From the NCBI GenBank assembly GCA_018398765.1, contig JAHBMJ010000134.1, positions 1 to 55,649 of the forward strand: a DNA stretch of 55,649 nucleotides, given 5' to 3'. The notes below the pieces were generated by a model that saw only the letters and a program-made list of their open reading frames with translations, had not been told where the DNA came from and searched no databases. Shown piece after piece: positions 48,501-55,649 of this stretch (position 1 is its first letter; each line of letters begins with the position of its first letter). Source of the stretch: Chromera velia (lineage: Eukaryota). Position numbers and translations under genes: made by a program.

Positions 48501-51470
48501 GGGGTGTACCCATTCTACTCTTCTCTGGGTCTGACCCACCAAATGTCCGTGCTTGAAAAGGCGAAGAGCAGCAATGTGCGGCTGGTGATCTGCACGACAA
48601 ATGTTGCAGAGACAGGGGTAACGATTCCGAACGTGAGGTATGTGATAGACACAGGATTGGAGAGGGTGGTCAGGTGGAACCCCAAAATGGGTATGAAGGA
48701 AATGGTGACGGCGATGGCGTCGAGGTCCTCCCTTGAGCAGCGCAGGGGCCGTGCAGGCCGCACGGGGACGGGTATTTGTGTGCGGCTGTACAGCAAGGAG
48801 ACCGAGGGGCAGTTGAATATGCAAGCAGAGCCCCGCATCGCCTCCGATGAGCTGCTGAAGCTAGTGCTTCGCATGCAGGGCCTCCCTGACAGGGATAGGT
48901 TTGTGCTGTTGAATGGGGGGGCGCGTCATCAAGAGAACGTGCGTGATGCGAAAGCATGGCTGGGTGCGGTGGGTGCTCTCGACGAGAGTGGAGCGCTGAC
49001 TGACAAGGGCCGTGCTCTGCTCGGTCTCGGCCTCGACGTTCGCACTGGTCTCTTCGTGCTCGCATGCAACGAGGATGGCTGCCGTGTGCTTGCGTCAGGT
49101 CTGAAGATGGCTGCGATGCTCTCCCTTAGCGGGGTTGAGAGCCTGCTTCCTTCTGCTCCGTCTGCACGGTCAGCCGGTCAGTTTGCGATACAGCAGCAGG
49201 AGGGAGACGGAGACGGAGGTAGCGTGAGGGTGGGAAGGGACGATGACTGTTTTGACATTGACCCCTCAGGTGACCACCTGACTCTTTTGAATATTTTTGA
49301 GGCGGGGAAGAAAGCCATGGACAGGGGGGGAAAGCAGGGGCTGCGATCGTTTTGCGAGAACAACAACGTGGGGTTTGAGAATCTGGACGAGGCCATGCGG
49401 GTGCACAAACACCTGCTGACAAGCATTGCGGAGTCTGCCCATCTGAAGCGCTGCCTTGACATTAGCGACCAGCTGCAGGGCGACGACCGCCGTCAGGCGC
49501 TGCTTCAAGCCCTGTGCACAGCATTCGAGTGTAACCTTCTGCTGCTGAGAAATCCCGGTGACCCAAGAAAGGGGGGGTTCACTCCCTTTATGGACGAGGA
49601 GAGGCGGGCAGAGATTTTAGAAGATCTCCACAGATTCAGAGAGGCTTTCGCAGTGAATGCGCTTTCCCCCTTCCCGTCTGACGAGGGGGGGGACGAGACG
49701 TTAGGCACGGGTTGTTCAGATGGTGAGTCCGACAGACCTAGTGTTGAGGCATTGGCCTTGCGTAGGGCAGGGGTTGCACAGGCAGCGACTGCGGGGCGAG
49801 GGCTGCGAGGAGGGGAGAGGGAGGCAGATGACAGAGAGGTGAAGGATGTGACCTTCGTTCTCGGTTCCAAGTCTGTCATGCCCCTAGTTTCCCGGCACGA
49901 CACCCTCTTCCTCCTCCCGGGCCCCCCACAGAGCCAGGAGGTGGCCCTGTGCCACACCCGACTCATCACCGATTCCCGAACAGCCACCCCTGTCGTCCAC
50001 ATCGTCTCGTATGTGAGTCCTGAAATAGTCAGTCAGGGCAGTCCGCAGCTTGGACAGCAACTTGAGGATCTCCTTGCAACCGCCCCCCGAGTGAGAGAAG
50101 AGTTCCCACAGGGGGGGCGGGCGGGAGAGTTTTTCGAAAAGAGACAACTGTTCCGCTTCAAAGCAAACAGGGGGGGGCTCTTGAGGGATTTCCGCTCCCG
50201 GTTTCCCGAGGCAGAGGTGAGTCTTCTCGAGGAGAGTGACGGTCGAGGTCGTGTTATTCTCAGTGGGCCCGAGAATATGATGGCCTCTTATCAGGCTTTT
50301 CTCTCTCTCGGTGCTGATGGGGGCACTGATGGTTCTGCTGACGAGAGCGGCTCCTCTGTGACGGCTTTCGAGTTGAAGATCAAGAAGCTCCTCGACGCTG
50401 CCGATGCAGCGGCATTGATACGCCGAGCGGACTTTCAGAAGAAGATGCGATCAGTAGCAGAGGGGGTGTTGCTTGAGGCCGAGCGCTTAGGTGTTCGCAA
50501 CTTTGTTGATGCTCGTTTCAAGGAGACGAGCGGCAACCCGAGGGCGTCAGAGGCAGCCGCAGCGAGCTGAGCCCAGAGTCAGGCCTCCTTTGAGGACCCC
50601 TCTATTCTGATTGAGGTCGCTGCCCACGCCCTCCCCTTGCTAGGCGCTTTGCTCGGCAGAGCCCATGTAGGCCTGGAGCGGGCGTGTGGTTTGAACAAAC
50701 CCTTGCGCCCCCTCCACCTTGCCTACTCTTTGAAGCAGAGCAAGGTGGCACAGGCGGCAGAGACGAACAAGAACCTGGCGATGATGACCTCCTCGTCCTT
50801 CCCCCTTTCTGCCTCTGGGGTGAGAACCCAAGAGGATGCTATCGTGGCAGTCGCACACGTCATCATCCACAAACTCAAGCGAAGCATTTACGGTGGATTT
50901 GCGCGTGACTGGGTGGTTGGGGGAGGGGCGCAGAATGGTCGCCCTGTGAATGACATCGACGTCATTCTCGACGATCGCGACGACTCCCAAGCGCAGGCGC
51001 AGGTCACCGCGCTCACCCAGCACCTTGCCCCTCTTCAATTTGTTCTGACCAGCAACACCCCTGCCTCTGGCGGCGCGGTGGCGAACAAGGTCAGGCTCAC
51101 ACATCGCCCTACAGGGTTCGGTGTCGAGGTAGAATTCACCCACCCTGCACGCAGGAGGCAGATCAGCACCTCTCCCGGTGTGGAGCACTCAGCGAGTAAC
51201 TTGATGATCTCTACCAAGGGGCTGGACACATTCGTCAAGAAAGGTCCGAATGGTCGCCCTCTGCTGGATACGGCGACGTCCGCACGGCATGCGAAGGACA
51301 AGATGTTTGTGTTCTACTACAAGCCTGAAGGGAGGATGCCCCAAGAGCGGCTGCGGAGGATTTTTCAGAAGGGCTGGAAGTGCCTGAACCAGCTGCCTCC
51401 CCAGTTAGTGCCCAATCCCTCCCAGCACCAGCCCCAGGCACAGTACAACGTGAATTGGTGGGAGTATTGA
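43191..51470 (+). CDS. Large multidomain gene: Nudix + ADP-ribosyltransferase + DEAH helicase + nucleotidyltransferase; disrupted as assembled
   Basis: Exon 43191-44345; intron to about 44558; exon through the N gap to 46382; phase-0 GT-AG intron 46383-46925; exon 46926-51470. Needs a +1 shift at the A7 run 46032-46038 and readthrough of TGA 50568-50570. Continuity across the gap is assumed. Confidence 0.7.
45580..45903. other. Assembly gap (324 N) within a poly-C tract
   Basis: Run of N. Confidence 1.
45923..46382 (+). CDS. PARP-like ADP-ribosyltransferase catalytic domain
   Basis: YHGT (H at 46101), NIAYSGF, GRSMGDGVY (Y at 46197), ILACRAL, GEVRVF (E at 46299), RVLPRFIFDF. Confidence 0.85.
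46926..50570 (+). CDS. DEAH/RHA-family ATP-dependent RNA helicase segment
   Basis: APTGSGKST, QPRR, DEAH (47682-47693), MSAT, LVFLP, TNVAETGVTIP..VIDTG, QRRGRAGRT; HA2-like GALD...LTDKG and GDHLTLL. Confidence 0.95.
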   Translation, partial: VRSSAGETEEEKRKMMEEMVRRHERLKQLAAAAERDGKQKLLSYCQKNVQTARQCLNDLKRETDGCRDDLAASRRRLCLRAAQEIYELAAMLPIYSMKRQIVDILKQSTVVVLSAPTGSGKSTTVPQWMLDHVLPLPCRRAPESESQVSALTPGSQSDPSDPPPPLSLPSMPHRKLAVLQPRRVNAKSLAQRVAQQRNAKVGLGSQIGYRLGFGDAMSTAGQTELEYMTHGVFIRIARDPVTFFRNYWGVIVDEAHDESTDLEEALALVRRLLWFARDSSFAAEATRQPPEEAAVGREEGGLGEGDSAVAERERERDRRRMEEWERQLEIAKKNFKVVVMSATISSQGMHRLRDFLLQGLPSSELRNDPQFSQIVQCGETGPNPVSHCFPVLDEYRDECDPGLGPNDHVNFQTAAGLADMGMEIAIEMLQKPSEKGHILVFLPSESLVRRSVLTARRGLNYKPPPGQGGGFLFRFGRLARAVRRLVKRGGEENDEEGGEEDSSFAVDLGSRGFEGKLEGAGGNSVGVYPFYSSLGLTHQMSVLEKAKSSNVRLVICTTNVAETGVTIPNVRYVIDTGLERVVRWNPKMGMKEMVTAMASRSSLEQRRGRAGRTGTGICVRLYSKETEGQLNMQAEPRIASDELLKLVLRMQGLPDRDRFVLLNGGARHQENVRDAKAWLGAVGALDESGALTDKGRALLGLGLDVRTGLFVLACNEDGCRVLASGLKMAAMLSLSGVESLLPSAPSARSAGQFAIQQQEGDGDGGSVRVGRDDDCFDIDPSGDHLTLLNIFEAGKKAMDRGGKQGLRSFCENNNVGFENLDEAMRVHKHLLTSIAESAHLKRCLDISDQLQGDDRRQALLQALCTAFECNLLLLRNPGDPRKGGFTPFMDEERRAEILEDLHRFREAFAVNALSPFPSDEGGDETLGTGCSDGESDRPSVEALALRRAGVAQAATAGRGLRGGEREADDREVKDVTFVLGSKSVMPLVSRHDTLFLLPGPPQSQEVALCHTRLITDSRTATPVVHIVSYVSPEIVSQGSPQLGQQLEDLLATAPRVREEFPQGGRAGEFFEKRQLFRFKANRGGLLRDFRSRFPEAEVSLLEESDGRGRVILSGPENMMASYQAFLSLGADGGTDGSADESGSSVTAFELKIKKLLDAADAAALIRRADFQKKMRSVAEGVLLEAERLGVRNFVDARFKETSGNPRASEAAAAS
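50571..51470 (+). CDS. Class II nucleotidyltransferase-like domain (CCA/poly(A) polymerase head motif)
   Basis: IYGGFARDW (50886-50912), NDIDVIL, EVEF, SNLMI, RLRRIFQKGWKCLN; same frame as the helicase, immediately after the TGA. Confidence 0.8.
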   Translation, partial: AQSQASFEDPSILIEVAAHALPLLGALLGRAHVGLERACGLNKPLRPLHLAYSLKQSKVAQAAETNKNLAMMTSSSFPLSASGVRTQEDAIVAVAHVIIHKLKRSIYGGFARDWVVGGGAQNGRPVNDIDVILDDRDDSQAQAQVTALTQHLAPLQFVLTSNTPASGGAVANKVRLTHRPTGFGVEVEFTHPARRRQISTSPGVEHSASNLMISTKGLDTFVKKGPNGRPLLDTATSARHAKDKMFVFYYKPEGRMPQERLRRIFQKGWKCLNQLPPQLVPNPSQHQPQAQYNVNWWEY

Positions 51471-52350
51471 ATTTCTCTTCTCTTGCAGCTAGGGCAAAAG
51501 GTCCTTTGTTGTTTGTTCAGAAAGAGGCAAATACAGACAGAGAGGAAGAGGAAGAACTTTGAAGGCTTGGCAGCAATCGAGGGGGAAACGGGGGTAGGAG
51601 GAAGGTACAGGAGGTTCAAGTTTTACTGTAGGATTTGTGAAAGGGAAAGTGCGCACCCAGATCACCTCCTGGCAGGTCCATGGGAGGTCTCGTTGACGGA
51701 AAGACGGATGCCCAAGAGGGGGGAAGAAATGTGGGGTTCAGGCCGTTCAGCATAGTTGTGAAGAGTGCAACGTGGATGAGTGGCTGTCCGTCCTCAAAGA
51801 AATGCATTTTCGGGCGTTTGTGTGTGTGTGTGTGTGTGTTTTTGTGGTGGGCCCCTGAAAATTCTCACGCAGTTCAGTCAGCGGAGAGAAATGCATTTCT
51901 GTCACCAAAATGAAACCGCAGTTTTGAGAGATCTCAGACGGTGCAATGGCGCCTCCGAATGTTCGTCTGAGATGCACACGGGAGCAGCTCCATGAGAGCA
52001 GAAAGTTCAGAAAAAGATCCATCTCTGTGTGTCTGTAGAAAGCTTCATCGTGATCGACCGACCTTTTTCTTCTCTTATGTTCTGTTGGGTACCCATCACT
52101 GTCAAAGAGCGAGCAACACCATTTGCGCGGAGGGAGGACGGTTAGCTGGTAGGTGTGTGAGGCAGGCTCTTCATCTTCTCGATCTGTCTACGAGATTTCT
52201 CGTCCGTTTGACTGTCCATCAGCGGATTCTTCCGTCGTTTTGAGTAGAGAAGCCATTCAGAAGATGAAGTAGTGGAAAAATTCGAATTGGACCATCTGTC
52301 AGTCTGTATGGTGCTGCATCTTCTCTCTCCCTCTCTCTCTTCCTCCCTTG

Positions 52351-52395
<45 letters not shown>

Positions 52396-54571
52396 TGTGT
52401 ATTTTGGGACGATGCCGTGTGCTTCAAGTTGCGATCTATCGCATTTTGTTGTCATTTTCTACTCTCCCGGCAGCACCGTCATGGAATGAAGCTAGCAATC
52501 ATGTGACAGACTCGCTTTTGGTTGTCTCTGGGGGGGAATCTGCTGATGCTTCCTGGGAGCTTTGATATGTTTCAGGCGGCGTGTCTGGTAGGTGTGGCTA
52601 GAAAACTGGCTGTCGTCGAATGTCTGCAAAGAGGAAGAGACTCTTCAGCATGACCGACAAGCACTCAGGGCTTCACCCCAGGCTTACAGCTCTACACAGC
52701 TCGATTTCCTGTTTCAAAAAGGAGGGCACTGAAGAAGATTTGTGTTCAGTCTTCTTGCAATTGTCCCGCCGGCGGCAGCCGAATTTATCGTTCAGATTAA
52801 AGAAAAGAACTCACGACTTCTTTAATGTTCAAGATTTATTAAAATGATCTGCAATTGGCTCTAAATTTGCAATTAATTTAATTAAACTAAGATGCGACAC
52901 ACACATCTAGATGAATATAATAATTTATCAGTCAAAATATAATGAATTTAAACTGGTGTAATTGAGATATCAGATGCTAATTAATTTTTGTTTTTTAAAA
53001 AAATTTAAGTTCTCTATCTCTAAGTGATTAAGTCCTTCAATAATTAAGCTAATGAATTGTTATCGAAGATGTAAAATTGGTTTAGCATTATGGCTAAGCA
53101 AAAAATGATATATCGTGACATATTGAGTGATTTATCGGTACCCTAGGACACTGTCGCCGTTTTGTCTTTTAGAGGTCGCCCCCGCAAACAGCAGGGAAAC
53201 CCAAGCTAACTGACCAAAATCAGCTAAATTTTGATTGCGGCCTAGCTACACAGCAGAGCACAATGGAGCACGTTTCTTACGACCGCAAAGGCAAATTAAT
53301 ATACAAAAAAACTTTTTTTCAAAGAGAAAATAACCTTTAAAAAAAAATGTTTGCGGGGGGGAGTAAACATGAGTTGGTCAGTATTGGTCAGTGAGCTAGT
53401 GTAAGGTAGTAACTTCTAGCTATTTCTAATAAGTAATAGTAGGCTCGGTACACGGCCACAGTTGCTAATAAGCCGTATTTGGTGGGTGACGGTGATGGGC
53501 TAGGGCCCCAGGCTTTCTAGATTGGCCCTTGTAAGCACTGCGGCTGCACCACGGTTCTTTATAGGCCCCTCCGCAGCGGTGCCCCCCTTGGTTTGGGATA
53601 TGGCCCCATATACCAAAAAAACGGTTTCTTTTGCGCCAAAAAATTTTTTTTAAGGTGTCCCAATGATGAATTTGATAAATTACTGATTAATTTGGTTCAA
53701 GTGACCTCAGAAAAGGTAAGGATCGGAACAGTTACGCCGCGGTTCCCACCTTTTCTTCCAAGTTTTACAACCGCGGCGCACCGCAGTACGCCTTTCGGGC
53801 ACTCCACGGCGCTCGGTACCGCGGCGTTTGACCATAAACGCCGCGGTGTCTACTATACTTAACCCTAGACTTAACAGCAAGCCTTTTTTTTTAGCCACAC
53901 GCGCCTGCATGCGTTTTTTTAGACATACGCGCGGAGGGCGCGGGGGCCCCGGAAAGCCATCGCCAAAAATGGTCCCGCAAGCGAAAAATTAACCAAACGC
54001 TATACGGGTGACTCCCCTGGGGTGAGTGCTTTGCGCGCGCCGCGCCATATGACTCGCGCCCGCGAAAAAGGTAAGTGCCTTGGAATTGAAATTATCCGGC
54101 TGGGGACATTTGACGGGCCATAAATGTTTGACAGGCCAGGGATTTTTGGCGAGCCTGCCAGCCAAGCTCACTAACCAGCCTGCGCCACGCTATTTTGACA
54201 AGCCATGTACACGCTATTTTAACGGGACTAACGGCCGGTATGCTGGGATGTGCTATGTATCCACAAACCCTCAAGAAATTTTTTGACAGGCCATTACACC
54301 CTCGGACGGAGAGCAGCCCCGTGGTCTCCGTCTCCACCGTGGAGACCACCGATAACCACTGACAGCCTCACGGTTCTTGTTCTCTTCATATACACAATCC
54401 ATTTTGAAATGCGTTTTTCCCATCAACATGATTCTTTTAGAGCGTTGAAAGTGTTGGAAGTCGTCATCATTCGTGATGAGGCTCTGGTCTCTCATTTTTC
54501 TGTTTTGGACGTTGGTGGTGGTTTGTGATAGTAGTTGGCTGTCTCGCCTACAGAGCCTACGCTACTCTCGC

Positions 54572-55511
54572 ATGCCGAAGACAGCCAAGGGAGGTGCATA
54601 TTGGGAGGATTAAATCGATGCTCTCGCAAAGGGTGAGCACCCTGGGAAGTCCTATCCCAAGAGCAAACCGTGGAAAAGCAAGTATGAGAAGGTCAAGGAC
54701 TGTCCTGTACGGACTAACTAGTTATTGAGATGTGTATGTAGGCGCGACCATGACTGGTCCAACCAACTGCAGTCCTCCCGACAGCATCGGCAGCCTCAGG
54801 TAGTGCCCGCAAGCAAGAGCCAACCAACTATCTTACAAGGTCTGTGATGGCCTGCTTTATTTTTTGACTCTACTGGTGGTCTCCATGTTACTCTCCGTGA
54901 ACAGCCCTCACGCGTCTACCTGTCTACACTGTCGATTTCACCCTGCTTTGTTCTTTGTAGCCTTCAAAGGAGGTCTACGGCAAGCCAGTGATGATCAAGG
55001 AGCTTCCTCCGTCATCCTCCGTGCACCAGGTTGGTTGTTTGTAGTGCTCTCCGTACGGTGGTCTCCGCTTAGCTTCCTCCCTCCATTTTCCTCCTTCCTC
55101 CCCGTCGGGCCGCTTGCTTTTACATTGGGCTGCACTTTGCTTGCCGTCACTCTCGGACTCTCTCTCATACATATTCACTTTCCCTCTCTCACCCTCTGTT
55201 TTGCTTTGCTGTCTTGCAGTTCCTGTTTTGGAAACACAGGAGAGTGACAGGAGCACTGCTGCTGAACCCTCTGCGGACGCTGCTCCTGAAGTACAGGAGT
55301 CTCCCAACGTGGATCCCCCTACAGAGTCTCTTCGTAGCCGCTCTGATGTCCCTGTCGTTAGTGTTACTGTAGCAGCAGCTGCCGTGCCTGCTGCAGTGCC
55401 CTCGTCTAAAAGAAGTTGAACAGATGTTCTGTGACCTAGCAGAACGTTTGCGGAGAGCGAGGGCGCTGTACAAAAAGCAGAAAGACCGACAGAGGCAACT
55501 TGAAGGGGGGG
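54572..55511 (+). pseudogene. Possible decayed intron-containing gene of unknown function (may be transposon-borne)
   Basis: Coding-like segments (MPKTAKGGAYWED*IDAL...; VPVLETQESD...KRS*TDVL*) bounded by plausible GT/AG sites and interrupted by TAA/TAG/TGA. Confidence 0.3.
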
Positions 55512-55649
55512 TGAGTACACGTCGGGGGGAAGGGGAGGGGGGGGAGGATGCAGAGATGAATAGAGAGGGCCTGGCTCCCCTCAGCGTAGAGATGGATTGA
55601 GAGGCTTCCCCCGACGCAGAAAGGGGGGGGGGGGGGGGGGGGGGGGGGG

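Noticed and set aside
50568..50570. Selenocysteine codon
   Set aside because: Lies in an Ala/Ser-rich linker rather than a catalytic Cys position; no SECIS element identified by eye.
51600..51690. FYCRICER...H zinc-finger-like peptide
   Set aside because: Incomplete ligand set, short ORF, downstream of the NTase stop.

Overview
Intron-rich eukaryotic genomic DNA with GT-AG introns, many microsatellites and abundant TGCATGCA motifs; the style suggests a chromerid/alveolate such as Chromera (inference only). Contents, left to right: simple repeats; a 463-bp MITE; a full-length decayed Ty3/Gypsy LTR retrotransposon (6839-13086, TAGCC target duplication, intact -1 frameshift signal); smaller TIR elements; an 11-exon threonine synthase gene with a 14-copy minisatellite in its last intron; an intronless CBM45-like/DEDDh exonuclease/KH fusion gene; a gene with MIU-like repeats plus a class II (CCA/poly(A)-polymerase-head-like) nucleotidyltransferase; a young non-autonomous LTR element; a 5-exon PRMT5 gene; and a large spliced gene joining Nudix, PARP-like ADP-ribosyltransferase, DEAH RNA helicase and a second, paralogous nucleotidyltransferase. 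The last gene is the best candidate for an undescribed nucleotide-modification/antiviral system, but as assembled it has a +1 frameshift, an in-frame TGA and a 324-N gap. All domain calls come from motif recognition by eye; no searches were run.
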